In this document: one piece after another, positions 6,936 through 16,048 of the stretch
Layout of the letters: each line of letters starts with the position of its first letter
Numbering within the stretch: position 1 is the first letter of the stretch
IMG/VR virus record: IMGVR_UViG_3300038379_000110
Span: 1-25,364 of that record
Reading direction: 5' to 3' (one strand)
DNA length: 25,364 nucleotides
Source of the DNA: a virus
Taxonomy: Duplodnaviria; Caudoviricetes
Notes under the pieces: generated by a model
What the model was told of the DNA's origin: nothing
Databases searched by the model: none
The model's input: the letters and a program-made list of their open reading frames with translations, nothing else
Made by a program: the position numbers and the translations under genes

Positions 6936-8126
6936 TCACCCGTACACCACGCTGAGCCCGGTCCAGACTACCGCGCTTTGGTCGATCACTTGCAGCTCGG
7001 TAAGCGCATAGTTGCCGCTCGGCGCCGTGAGGCTGACTGAGATTACGCCGTCGAGCGCTTCGACCGCGGCGACGAGCCGCGAGTGAATCACGTAGCCGGG
7101 CGTTGTCGCTGGCGGAATGACCGTGCCGCCGATCTCCGTGTCGTTCAGCACGGCGAGGATCGCGTCCTTCACGGCTTGCAGCGTCGTCGTCGCAGAGTAC
7201 GCCGACGCGACGGTCACGAGCCCGGAGACTGTGAGCGCGATGGCCGCCGCGCTCTGCACGGTAACAACGTCCCCGAGCGGGCGGCGCCCGATGCCATCGG
7301 TCGTGCCGTTGATGTACGCGAGAATATCCGCCGCCTGCGTCGGGCTGATACCGCCGATAGCCGTGGCACACACCACGTCCACAGTGCCCGGCCCGTAAGG
7401 GTTATTCGACCGCACCTTGACGCGCGTCACGCTGTCGTCAGCTTCAAGCGCCCAATTCCTGTACGCGCCGTCAACCGCGGCGTAGCTCAGCGTCGACCAC
7501 TTGCTGACGTTGCGCGCGCGCAATCGCTCGTCCGTTTCCGCGTCCGTCCCCGCGCGGGTGATCCACGTGCCGGTCGTGCCGACGGGCGGGTTCGTTGCGG
7601 TCACGCCGACCAGCGACGTCCACATGTAGAGCGCGACGCTGTTCGCCAGGTTCGATGCGGCGCCAGCCGTCTCGGCCTCGAAGTCCAAGTCTAGCGTCCC
7701 TCCGGGGTTCAGGCTGCCGCCGCTGGTATTGCGGAAGGTGACTGTGTTACCGGCCTGGGTCGCGGTGTTGGAGATTTGCAGGTCCCCTACCGCGATGACG
7801 TACGGCGGCGCCGTCGCGCTCGCCGTGAGCCGCATCACGCCGTGCGTCTCGACCGCGGCCACGCGCGTGTTCGCGAAGAAGTCTTCGCTGAGCACGTCGA
7901 GCCAACCACCCGTGGCGAGCGAATTGAAGCCGGCCGCAGCGATGAGCGCGACCGTCGCCGACAAGCTCGAGTAGATGCTAGCGCCGAGCTGCACAAGCCC
8001 GCGCTGCACGCTGCCCGGCTGCCACGACGTAGCGGAGAACCCGAGCGCTTGCAGCGTGTTGAGCGAAAAGTCTAGCGCCTCCTCTTCGGTAACTGGGACG
8101 AGCAGTGCAGCGAGTGAGATGGCCAT
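6936..8126 (-). CDS. Baseplate J / Mu gp47-like protein (396 aa)
   Basis: ATGGWLD, EAETAGAASN, GTDAETDERLRAR, AYRNWAL, GPGTVDV and RPLGDVVTV are the conserved Baseplate_J motifs in order. Confidence 0.92.
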   Translation of the reverse strand: MAISLAALLVPVTEEEALDFSLNTLQALGFSATSWQPGSVQRGLVQLGASIYSSLSATVALIAAAGFNSLATGGWLDVLSEDFFANTRVAAVETHGVMRLTASATAPPYVIAVGDLQISNTATQAGNTVTFRNTSGGSLNPGGTLDLDFEAETAGAASNLANSVALYMWTSLVGVTATNPPVGTTGTWITRAGTDAETDERLRARNVSKWSTLSYAAVDGAYRNWALEADDSVTRVKVRSNNPYGPGTVDVVCATAIGGISPTQAADILAYINGTTDGIGRRPLGDVVTVQSAAAIALTVSGLVTVASAYSATTTLQAVKDAILAVLNDTEIGGTVIPPATTPGYVIHSRLVAAVEALDGVISVSLTAPSGNYALTELQVIDQSAVVWTGLSVVYG

Positions 8127-8133
8127 GGTTCCT

Positions 8134-8538
8134 TCAGTCGATCGCGGTCAAAAGCAGCGCGCCAGTCACGGCGTCCACGGCTAGAGTGAAAGCGTAGGGC
8201 TCGTCTCCCGCGGTGATTCGCAAGTCGAGGCTCCACGTCTTGCCGCCGGTGGTCGTGTCGCCCGTCGGCTCGGTCACTGTGAGCGAGACCTCGGCGTCGT
8301 CCACGCGCTCGTCACGCAGTAGCTCGGCCTCGGCGTTCGCTTCGATGACTGCGGGGTCCGTCGCAGTGTTGATCGCCGCGGTCACGTCGTAGCCGTAGTC
8401 TTGCGCGTACCAGAGCGCGCCGCGGGGAGTCGTGATGCGGCGGACGAGCGCTTGCACGAACGCCGTGCGGTCGTCCACCGTGGTCAGATTCGCGTCGATG
8501 TCATCGAGCGCGCCGATGTCGGTGCCGAAGTCAGTCAT
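8134..8538 (-). CDS. Baseplate gp25/gpW/Mu gp46-like sheath initiator (134 aa)
   Basis: QALVRRITTPRGALWYAQDYGYD...ELLRDERV. ATG 8538 overlaps the upstream stop; precedes baseplate J. Confidence 0.8.
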   Translation of the reverse strand: MTDFGTDIGALDDIDANLTTVDDRTAFVQALVRRITTPRGALWYAQDYGYDVTAAINTATDPAVIEANAEAELLRDERVDDAEVSLTVTEPTGDTTTGGKTWSLDLRITAGDEPYAFTLAVDAVTGALLLTAID

Positions 8539-8795
8539 GTGACCGGCCCTGTTCCTGTCCCAGCGCCGGCTGGGCAGGCTGTGATGCTCGCGACGATGGC
8601 ATTCGCTTGCACGTATGTCACCACGGCCGTTGCGTGCGACGTGCAACGCGCCGCGAGGCCGGTGAGCAGAGCGGCTTTCATCCCGGCGCTCAGTGACGAG
8701 TCGCCCGATATGGTGCCCGATTCCGCGTCAAAGAGCGCCTTGGCCATGCCGGTCCCTACGCCCGCTCCGTCCACGCTTCCAGCAATCATCGGCAT
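8535..8795 (-). CDS. Small baseplate-associated protein (86 aa), candidate spike tip
   Basis: ATG 8795 in a TGATG overlap; MPMIAGSVDG...ATAVVTYVQANA...GAGTGTGPVT. It lies between the spike and gp25-like genes. Confidence 0.55.
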   Translation of the reverse strand: MPMIAGSVDGAGVGTGMAKALFDAESGTISGDSSLSAGMKAALLTGLAARCTSHATAVVTYVQANAIVASITACPAGAGTGTGPVT

Positions 8796-9922
8796 CAGAT
8801 GACCTCCACGAGTGGCATGGTGAGCGGCAGCAGATAGCCGACGTTGCCCGCTCCGAGCACGACCGCGAGCGCGGCAACTGCCGCAGCGTTGCCGGCTGAC
8901 CCCGCACTGAACCACTGCGGCGGCAGAAGCGCGAGGCTTGCGGCGTTTTGCGCAAGCAGTAGCGTCCCGACTTTCGCCGTGCCGCTCGCCGTCCAGAGCG
9001 CGGCGAATGGGCGCTTAGGATCGTCCTGCTCATATCCTATGAGCACCTGCTGCCCCTGAGCCACGAGCACGGTCACGCCGGGCAGACCATGCCGGAGCTT
9101 GACCGCCGTCTCGCCCCAACGGCCCGCGACCACGACGTCCACCGAGCCGTCTGCGTTCTGGCGGTCGACGACCGCGGGCCAGAGTCGCGAGTACCATTCC
9201 CCGCGGGCCATGAACTCGCGCAGCTTGGCCAGCTGCTCGCGCGGCTCCTGCGTCCTGACCTCGGTGCGCAGGCTGCCCGCCGTCAGCTCGTGGCTCACGT
9301 ATCGGATTCGCATCCCGCGGAAGGTCACGCCGGGCAAGATCTCGTCGGGAGTAGCGCCGGGCCAGGCGACGCGGTACACGCCCGCGGCGCCGTCGCTGCC
9401 GGTGACGAGCGTGTGAGGCGGGGCGACGATGGGCCATGACTCGCCGCCGGTGACCAATATATCGCCATCCGGGGTCACGCGCCAGTTGCCGCCGAGCGAT
9501 TCGACGATGCGGCTCAGTGCGCCGCCTGCCGATTCGCTGGCGCGCTGCCACGTGGATAGCTGCGTGTCCAGCACGGTCGCAGACGAGTCCGCCGATAGCG
9601 TCTCCCCGCCGCAGTCCCGAAGAATGTCCGTCACGATCTTCCGCACGGTCGAGGCGCCGCGATAGAAGCGCTCCTGCACGGTTGTCGAGAGCTTCCCGTT
9701 GCCGCCGACGACGCGCACGTGGATCGCCCCGTCCACTGCGTCGCTGCGCACGACGAACCCGGACAGCGTAAGCCCGTTGAGTTCCACGGTGATGGCGCCC
9801 GATGCTGCCGCCGCGGCATCGCCTTGCAGCGGCGACAGTGCAAGCTCAGCCGTCCACGCGCCGGACAGCGGCAGGCTAACGAGTGCCGACGTGAGCGAGA
9901 GAGTACCGACGCGAAAGCTCAT
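8795..9922 (-). CDS. Fused baseplate hub plus spike OB-fold protein (VgrG-like architecture, 375 aa)
   Basis: ATG 9922 (MSFRVGTL) overlaps the upstream stop. Hub-like N-part (TVRKIVTDILRDCG...ALSRIVESLGGNWRVTPDGDI); C-part AVVDRQNADGSVDVV...GQQVLIGYEQDDPKRPF is gpV/gp5 OB-fold-like. Confidence 0.7.
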   Translation of the reverse strand: MSFRVGTLSLTSALVSLPLSGAWTAELALSPLQGDAAAAASGAITVELNGLTLSGFVVRSDAVDGAIHVRVVGGNGKLSTTVQERFYRGASTVRKIVTDILRDCGGETLSADSSATVLDTQLSTWQRASESAGGALSRIVESLGGNWRVTPDGDILVTGGESWPIVAPPHTLVTGSDGAAGVYRVAWPGATPDEILPGVTFRGMRIRYVSHELTAGSLRTEVRTQEPREQLAKLREFMARGEWYSRLWPAVVDRQNADGSVDVVVAGRWGETAVKLRHGLPGVTVLVAQGQQVLIGYEQDDPKRPFAALWTASGTAKVGTLLLAQNAASLALLPPQWFSAGSAGNAAAVAALAVVLGAGNVGYLLPLTMPLVEVI

Positions 9923-10449
9923 ACGAACGCCTCCGCTCCACCCGTCGCGTTGGGCGGGTTCACGTTCGTCGGCAAGTCGCCGCCCGTGCTGCTCTTGCTC
10001 TTCTTCGTGTTGCTCTTCGCCGGCTTCGGCGCGGGGAACCACTCGATACAGTCGATGCTAAGCGTTAGCGTTCCCGTCTCAGCGCCGCGGCCGGGCACGG
10101 CGGCGCCGATGTGCTGCACGTAGACTTGTCGCACGCCTTTAAGCTGAGTCTCAGGATGCGCGATATCCACCGGCGTACGCACGCCGCCCTTGTTGCGCGG
10201 GTGGACCTTCGCGAGCAGCGTCTGCAATTGCTCCCACTGCTCGCGCAGCCAGATGCGGATTGTGATCTTGACCTTCGCCGGCTCATAGCCCTGGTCGACG
10301 AGATTCGCGCCATCGTCGCCGGCCTTTTTCTGCGCGTCGACCGCGCGGCTCGTCTCACTCTCGACGGTGGGAATGCCCGGCCACACGTCACCACCGAGGA
10401 TAAGCGTATCCCAGAGCAGGTCCGAGTCAGCGACCCAAGGCAGACTCAT
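9919..10449 (-). CDS. Tail tube initiator / baseplate hub-proximal protein (176 aa)
   Basis: Directly after the tape measure with ATGA overlaps at both ends; DAQKKAGDDGANLVDQGYEPAKVKITIRIW...DIAHP has a tube-like beta pattern. Confidence 0.6.
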   Translation of the reverse strand: MSLPWVADSDLLWDTLILGGDVWPGIPTVESETSRAVDAQKKAGDDGANLVDQGYEPAKVKITIRIWLREQWEQLQTLLAKVHPRNKGGVRTPVDIAHPETQLKGVRQVYVQHIGAAVPGRGAETGTLTLSIDCIEWFPAPKPAKSNTKKSKSSTGGDLPTNVNPPNATGGAEAFV

Positions 10450-12206
10450 GACGGCCCCAGTGCTGCGACGCCTTGCGCGCCTGTTGAGAGTCCGGGCCCC
10501 GCACCGTTCATGCCGGCGCTCGCCATCTGGTCCTCGAGCCAGTTGGCTATCTCGCGGCGAATCACCGGCACGATGCCCGACGCGAGCGCGTGCCCGTCGG
10601 CCTGCGTGGCGCCGGGGTTCGCGGCGACCGAGAGATTGATCGTCACGCCACCGGAGCCGCCAGCGCGCGCAGTTCCGCCGCCCGCGGGACTGGCGCTGGC
10701 GGCAGCGGCCATCGGGGCGACGGCGAGCTCGCGACCGGCAGCGGCAACAGCGGGCGTGCCTTGCTCTATGCCGATAGCCATGCCCTCGGAGGTGAAACGC
10801 CCAAGCTCGGCGAAGACCTTCGACGGCGACTTGAGTTTCAGCGCGTCAGCGACGGCGGACTTGACCTTATCCGCCAGCTCCTTCGCCGCTTGCACCGCGC
10901 GTCCGATGCCGTCGCGAATGCCATTCACAAGCCCACTGATGAGCCCTTGCGCCGCCGCTTCCGCACGCGCGGGGAGCGTCATGAACCACCCGACCAGCAT
11001 CGCCCCACCCGCGACGATCCCCGCGAAGCCCACGGCGAGCCGCACAGCCACGCCGACGACGAATCCCAGCGCGCGGCCGACCATCTGCGCCGCGACCGCG
11101 AGCCCATCCATCGCGCCCTTCTTGTCGCCGCCGAACGCTTTGCCGATCATCTCTCCAATCTTCGTCAGTTCAGTCCCGAGCGGCCCGAGCCCTTCCTTGA
11201 AGCCCGTCCACAGCGGCTTGATGAGCGCCGCCGCGACGCCGACCGCGTCGGCTAGCCACTCCATCGCGCCCGCGAGCTTGTCCACCATCGACGCCGCGGT
11301 TCCCGATTCGTTGAAGTCGTCGAGTAGTTTGCTCAGCTTGCCGCCGAGCTTGTCGAGCGCGGGGCCGGCCTTCTCTGCGACCTTCGCGAATACGTTTCCC
11401 GCCGCCTCTTTCAGCCGCTCGAGCGCGCCGCCGAGTGTCTTGCTGGATACCTCATACGCCTTCGACCCGTCGCCCGCGACCTTGTATTTTTTCGCAAGCT
11501 CGGCCATCGCTTGGCTCGCGGTCTTGCTCCCACTCTTCACCGCGTCGAGCGCCTTGCCGATCTCCGCGTCGGCTACCTCGGCGCTACCGGTGACGGCCTT
11601 CAGGTCGCCCCGCAAAGCGTTCAGCTTGAAGGCTTCCTTGTAGTCGAGCCCGGCCTCGCGGCTCTTCTGCGTCGCCTTCGCCAGGTCGTCGAAGCTCTGC
11701 CCCGTGCGGATCGCCTGCGTGTGCAATAGCTTCAGCACTTGCGCGCCGCGACCACCTGAGAGCACGTCTTGCATCGCCTGCGCCTTGTCGCGCAAGAGCT
11801 TGGCTTCGACGACGCCGTGCGCGAACTCGGCGACCAACGACGCCGCGAACTTCGCTGCGCCCATCGCGGCCTGACCCACAGCTGTGACACCAATCGCAAT
11901 GCCAAGGATGCCCATGCCAATCGTCGGGCCAGCGAACGCGCCGAGCAGCTTCTTGCTACTCAGCTCGCCGATTTCGCCGCCCGCCGCTTTGGCGGACTTG
12001 CCGAGTTTTAGCGTGCTCGCGCTTGCGGCCTTGGCGGTCGCGCTCTCGCGGCCCATCGCCTTCTGCGTCTTGCTCGCGCAGTTGCCGAGCTTGCCAAGCC
12101 CTGCCTCCGCGCGCGCTGTCGCCTTGCTGACGCCATCGACAGCGTCGGCCATCTTCGCGGCGGGTCCGCTGACGCCATCCTTCAGCGCGAGTGTCTCAGT
12201 GATCAC
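10446..12206 (-). CDS. Tail tape measure protein (586 aa)
   Basis: Ala/Gly/Lys-rich helical protein. N-terminal LALKDGVSGPA, two hydrophobic segments, GLISGLVNGI and LKLKSPSKVF...GMAIGI are typical TMP motifs; it follows the chaperone gene. Confidence 0.9.
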   Translation of the reverse strand: MITETLALKDGVSGPAAKMADAVDGVSKATARAEAGLGKLGNCASKTQKAMGRESATAKAASASTLKLGKSAKAAGGEIGELSSKKLLGAFAGPTIGMGILGIAIGVTAVGQAAMGAAKFAASLVAEFAHGVVEAKLLRDKAQAMQDVLSGGRGAQVLKLLHTQAIRTGQSFDDLAKATQKSREAGLDYKEAFKLNALRGDLKAVTGSAEVADAEIGKALDAVKSGSKTASQAMAELAKKYKVAGDGSKAYEVSSKTLGGALERLKEAAGNVFAKVAEKAGPALDKLGGKLSKLLDDFNESGTAASMVDKLAGAMEWLADAVGVAAALIKPLWTGFKEGLGPLGTELTKIGEMIGKAFGGDKKGAMDGLAVAAQMVGRALGFVVGVAVRLAVGFAGIVAGGAMLVGWFMTLPARAEAAAQGLISGLVNGIRDGIGRAVQAAKELADKVKSAVADALKLKSPSKVFAELGRFTSEGMAIGIEQGTPAVAAAGRELAVAPMAAAASASPAGGGTARAGGSGGVTINLSVAANPGATQADGHALASGIVPVIRREIANWLEDQMASAGMNGAGPGLSTGAQGVAALGPS

Positions 12207-12400
12207 AGTCCACCCCTGCCGCCGGGCCAGCGGAGATGCACGCCGTCGAAGCCGCGCACGGTAATCAGCGCGTCAGCCAAGAGCAGTGCTCCCGCTTCCG
12301 CCTGGTCACTTTGATCGCCGCGAAACAACGCCATGAGCATCCTTGCCGCGCTGACTGCATCGCCCTGGGCTGCGCGCGCGAGCGCAACGGGGCCTAGAGT
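12203..12400 (-). CDS. Probable -1 frameshift extension of the tail assembly chaperone (lambda GT analogue, about 65 extra aa)
   Basis: The -1 frame TLGPVALARAAQGDAVSAARMLMALF...GRGGL is open across the whole gap and stops at 12203-12205, overlapping the TMP GTG. GGTAAAAC lies just before the chaperone stop. Confidence 0.65.
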   Translation of the reverse strand, partial: TLGPVALARAAQGDAVSAARMLMALFRGDQSDQAEAGALLLADALITVRGFDGVHLRWPGGRGGL

Positions 12401-12747
12401 TTTACCCGCTGGGGCTCCCTTTCGTCGCCGGCCATCGCGTGGATGGCGGGCGCGATGTGGCTGAGAAGAATCGCCGGCTCGTGATCCATCGCGTCGGTCA
12501 ACGCCTGCGGGCCTGGCTCCACGATGCACGCTTGCGCCAGCTCCCACGCCGCGGCGCGAGTCTGCGAACGGTCCGCATACACCTTGTCGGTGTATCGGTC
12601 GTATTCGTGGCGCGTCGGCTTGCGGAAAATCAGCCACGCACTCATACCCTCGACGGCGGTAAGGTGCGCGCCATGCTTCGCCTTGAGCTCGGCGATGCGT
12701 TCGGCTGTGAGCGGTGCGGGTTTCGTCGGTTCGTTCGGTTTCGACAT
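12394..12747 (-). CDS. Tail assembly chaperone (117 aa)
   Basis: ATG 12747 after GAAAGGG; ERIAELKAKHG...LIFRKPTRHEY is chaperone-like; located between tube and TMP. Confidence 0.75.
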   Translation of the reverse strand: MSKPNEPTKPAPLTAERIAELKAKHGAHLTAVEGMSAWLIFRKPTRHEYDRYTDKVYADRSQTRAAAWELAQACIVEPGPQALTDAMDHEPAILLSHIAPAIHAMAGDEREPQRVKL

Positions 12748-12818
12748 GTGCGGCCCTTTCGGTGTGGGCCGCCTGTTGGGCTTACGAGCCATGCTCGCGT
12801 CACCCGAAGCGGACGGAA

Positions 12819-13286
12819 TCAGCGGAGGTGGTCACGCATCGGCGTCTTGCCGTTGCGCAGAATGGTCAGAGGCTTGAGCTTGATGGCGGTCTGGAGTGGA
12901 TCGGGCCCGCTCGCGTGCGACTGTGCCAGGCCGACGATGCGGCACTTCTCGAGCGTGTCGACGACGAGCGGCAGGCCGGCATCGGAGTACTTGACGGTGA
13001 TGTCGATCTCCGCCTCGTAGAACCCATCGCCGAGCTGGTCGACTAGCACAGCTTCCGTCTGCTTACTGACGGTAACAGTCACCTCGCCGGGCTGATACTG
13101 CCCGCGCGTGCGGCCGATGGGCGCCGGGTTCAGTCCGTACATGAGCGCCTCCTCGACGGTGTCATCGTAGTCGATGCCCGTGCATTCGATGAAAATCTGC
13201 GCGGCCTGCCCGGTCGCGAGTACGGCAAACTCGATGCTCGAGAAGTCATACTTGCGGCCGCGGACGGTGGGGAATTGGATGGCCAT
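12819..13286 (-). CDS. Tail tube protein (155 aa)
   Basis: VRGRKYDFSSIE...GIDYDDTVE...YG...PIGRTRGQY...DITVKY...DTLEKCRI is a contractile-tail tube pattern. It follows the sheath and has a GAGGAG RBS. Confidence 0.85.
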   Translation of the reverse strand: MAIQFPTVRGRKYDFSSIEFAVLATGQAAQIFIECTGIDYDDTVEEALMYGLNPAPIGRTRGQYQPGEVTVTVSKQTEAVLVDQLGDGFYEAEIDITVKYSDAGLPLVVDTLEKCRIVGLAQSHASGPDPLQTAIKLKPLTILRNGKTPMRDHLR

Positions 13287-13304
13287 CTGTGTCTCTCCTC
13301 GGGC

Positions 13305-14768
13305 TCACGCGCCGACGTCGGCCGCGAAACCAATCTGCGTCGTGAAGTATTCGCCGTATCCGAGAGGCCGGATGGCAACTTCGGTGTTGACCTGCCCGGT
13401 CAAGAGCACGTTGTTCGTCAGGTCGACGGTGAAGTTCAACGCGCTGACGTGGCCGCGCTTGCCCTCAGCGTTCAGCGGCTCGGTGAGCTGCGCACGGAGC
13501 TGGCGCAGCACCGCGGCCTCTATGTCCTTCGCGTCCTTCGGATCCATCGTGCCCGTGCTGGTCACGCGGAAACTCTTGTTCGCAAACTCGCTCAAGGCGC
13601 TCGCGACCGTCGAGCATGCGACGTCCATGACGAAGCCGTTGTGGGTGTACTTGAAGTCGGAACCCGGCGGGCTGCGCAGGTTACCGCGCGTGATGTAGAA
13701 CCCGGCACGCCCGGGCCACGTGCGCAGCGTGGAGAACTTCGCAGCGTCCATGACGCTGTTGTGGAATTCGTCGTGAGAGATGTACCGCACGCCTGAGAGA
13801 GCGCCCGTCGCAACGCGGCCGAGGTGCGTGCTGATTTGCTCACGCGCAGCGCGAGCCATGAACTCGCCCACGACCGCGCGCTTCGGCGTGCCCCAACCCG
13901 CGAACGGCTTCAGCGTAGTGCGCACGCAGCGCCCGTAGGCGAGCGCAAGGCGCCGGTCCTCGACCGCGGCAAACGCCGTGATGGTGTTGCTGGTCGTGTC
14001 GCCCGCGGCATCCATGAACCCTCGCGCGTAGCGGAAGAGCGTCTGCTCGCTGGCTAGCTCGGCACCGAGTCCACCCGCGAGCGTTGCGGCGCCGGCCGCA
14101 GTCGGCGCCATGCCGCTGAGCCCGATGAACCGCCACTGATTCGCGAGCAGTCGGAACACGTCGCCGGCCGCGTCCAGGTCGGCAGTCACGTATCCCGGCT
14201 CCGTGCTGGTCCACGTGTGCTTGTCGCCCACAGCGAAGAACGACGGCCCCGCGCCCGGGACGAAGGTCATGGTGACGTTGGTGTTCGGGATCAGATACGT
14301 GCCGCCCGCGGGGATGGTGAGTTCCGAGCTCCACGTCGGCGCGAACGCGACTCCGTTGGCATCGACGATATTGTGGGCGTCGAGAGCGTAAACGAATTTG
14401 CCGACTCCGACCGTACCGGCCGCGGTGATACGCACCTCAGCGTTGTACGAGTCGTACGGCGCGCCGGCGAGCGTGATTGTCCCGGTCCCAGTGGCCGTCG
14501 CGGTGACTGCACTGTTTGTTCCTGCGACGCTGCCGGTGAGCCGACACGCAAGCACGGGTCCACCCGCCTCGCTCAGCACGCGGCACACATCCTCGACAAG
14601 CGGACCCTGCCCGAGCAGAGTCACCGCGTCAGTCGGCGACTGCACGCTGATGAGTTGCGTCGCGGTGCCGCTCGAACTGATGCCGCATAGCAGCGGGGTG
14701 CTAGCGGCGATTTCGATCAGACCGAGCCCGGGGTCCTTGATCGTGATGGTCTGGTTCGGTATTGCCAT
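13305..14768 (-). CDS. Contractile tail sheath protein, DUF2586-like (487 aa)
   Basis: IPNQTITIKDPGLG, LGQGPL, FSTLRTWPGRAGFYIT, PGSDF...VMDVAC and EVAIRPLGY...IGF are sheath motifs; size and position fit. Confidence 0.85.
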   Translation of the reverse strand: MAIPNQTITIKDPGLGLIEIAASTPLLCGISSSGTATQLISVQSPTDAVTLLGQGPLVEDVCRVLSEAGGPVLACRLTGSVAGTNSAVTATATGTGTITLAGAPYDSYNAEVRITAAGTVGVGKFVYALDAHNIVDANGVAFAPTWSSELTIPAGGTYLIPNTNVTMTFVPGAGPSFFAVGDKHTWTSTEPGYVTADLDAAGDVFRLLANQWRFIGLSGMAPTAAGAATLAGGLGAELASEQTLFRYARGFMDAAGDTTSNTITAFAAVEDRRLALAYGRCVRTTLKPFAGWGTPKRAVVGEFMARAAREQISTHLGRVATGALSGVRYISHDEFHNSVMDAAKFSTLRTWPGRAGFYITRGNLRSPPGSDFKYTHNGFVMDVACSTVASALSEFANKSFRVTSTGTMDPKDAKDIEAAVLRQLRAQLTEPLNAEGKRGHVSALNFTVDLTNNVLLTGQVNTEVAIRPLGYGEYFTTQIGFAADVGA

Positions 14769-14780
14769 GAGTTTCTCCGG

Positions 14781-15071
14781 TCAGCGACCGCGCCCGATGT
14801 GCGGGCTCAGTGCGTTGGGACTGGGTACGGGTGTCTGCGCCTTGCCGGCAGCGACAGCTTCGCGGTATGCGGCCTCGGTCAGAAGCATCGGGACGCCCTC
14901 ATGGTGCTCGTGCTCGGTCCAGCCGTGCGCGATCCGGGCGCAGGCGTGTTGGCTCGCGCGAATGCCTAGCAGTAGTCGCCACTCGTCGGGCGCGCGGCGG
15001 GGGCCCGCAGGCGCCGGCTCAGTGCGCGGGGCCAAGTCAGCGTCATCGTCGGTCCTCGTGCGCGTCGCCAT
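14781..15071 (-). CDS. Small hypothetical protein upstream of the sheath (96 aa)
   Basis: TGATG-coupled start; fills the gap between the terminator-like gene and the sheath; ...LLTEAAYREAV. Confidence 0.6.
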   Translation of the reverse strand: MATRTRTDDDADLAPRTEPAPAGPRRAPDEWRLLLGIRASQHACARIAHGWTEHEHHEGVPMLLTEAAYREAVAAGKAQTPVPSPNALSPHIGRGR

Positions 15072-15637
15072 CAGCTCACCACCTGTCCGCTGGACTGCCC
15101 GGGAGTGGCCGGCAGGCTAACGCCCGCGTGGACCTGCCCACTGCACGCGCCGCTTTGGCCGCCCCACACGCTGTTGCCGACCCACTCGACGGGCGCGGGG
15201 GCGATGGCGACCATCGCGTCGACGATTGGCACCTGGAGATTGACCTCGACGGTCACTTCCTGGCCGAGATCGGCGTCGCCTGTGGCGGCATCATTGACCC
15301 ACGACTCTTCGCCCAGGAGGATATTCCCCGGCCCGACGGCGCGGCGCATCGCAACGCATGCGTTGTGCAGGAGCTGCTCGGCCTGCTCTTCGTCGGTGCC
15401 CCAGATGTGCATCACGAGCTTGAGCGACCTGGTCCAGAGCGCGCGCGTGCCATCGCTGCCGATGTCCTGTCGCCCGATGTCGCGCGTCATCTCGATAGGC
15501 CCACCCACTCGCTCGAACACCACTCGAGGGGGCGAGTCGTTGCGGTGTAGTTCGCGCCGCCCCAGCGCCACGGTCACGCTGGCGTCGTCGAGCTCGGTCA
15601 CGAACTCGGCCACGATGTCAGCGAGCCGCGAAGTCAT
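15071..15637 (-). CDS. Tail terminator / completion protein (Mu gp37-like position, 188 aa)
   Basis: SPPRVVF...LVMHIWGTDEEQAEQLLHNACVAM alpha/beta pattern; ATGA-coupled; neck-region synteny. Confidence 0.65.
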   Translation of the reverse strand: MTSRLADIVAEFVTELDDASVTVALGRRELHRNDSPPRVVFERVGGPIEMTRDIGRQDIGSDGTRALWTRSLKLVMHIWGTDEEQAEQLLHNACVAMRRAVGPGNILLGEESWVNDAATGDADLGQEVTVEVNLQVPIVDAMVAIAPAPVEWVGNSVWGGQSGACSGQVHAGVSLPATPGQSSGQVVS

Positions 15638-16047
15638 GCCGCCACCTTGGCCTTGACCGCGCGCTTGAACTCACGATCGATGATGCGCCGCCACTCAGCA
15701 GGCACGACGCCATCGGGCACCACGATGCGTTTCGGCATGTGCGTCGTGCCGGTCTGGTGAAAGCCTGCCTGCGGGTGCGTCACGAGCATCGCGACGCCCA
15801 CGCTCGGCAGTGGGGTCACGTTCGCGAACCGCGCGTACTTGCGCAACGGCGGCGGGGTGCGCCCACGCGCGAGCGATGCGGGCGCCAGCGGAGCGTACGC
15901 CCGGCCGTATGCGTCCTGGCCCGAGCGGAAGTCACGCCGCATGCGCGCGGTCAAGGCGTGAGCGACCGGCGCGGCGATCGCGCTCGGCACCTTCGCAAGC
16001 TCGCGCAAGGCCCGGGCGAACTGGCCGAAGTTTTTGGGAGTGCCCAC
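15634..16047 (-). CDS. Virion morphogenesis protein (Mu gpG / P2 gpS-like, 137 aa)
   Basis: GTG 16047 after GAGGAGG. FRSGQDAYGRAYAPLAPASL and AGFHQTGTTHMPKR match the family motifs (PDGxxWxPL; AxxHQxG...PxR). Confidence 0.75.
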   Translation of the reverse strand: MGTPKNFGQFARALRELAKVPSAIAAPVAHALTARMRRDFRSGQDAYGRAYAPLAPASLARGRTPPPLRKYARFANVTPLPSVGVAMLVTHPQAGFHQTGTTHMPKRIVVPDGVVPAEWRRIIDREFKRAVKAKVAA

Positions 16048-16048
16048 G

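Noticed and set aside
10111-11643. 510-aa plus-strand ORF, and other long plus-strand ORFs such as 22728-23813, 19933-20931 and 17906-18712
   Set aside because: They are antisense shadows of well-supported minus-strand genes in high-GC DNA, with Ser/Pro/Arg-rich translations and no motifs.
2825-14768. Tailocin, eCIS or T6SS interpretation prompted by the VgrG-like fusion and sheath
   Set aside because: Capsid, portal, protease and terminase are in the same operon, so this is a DNA-packaging particle. A GTA-like role cannot be tested from this window.
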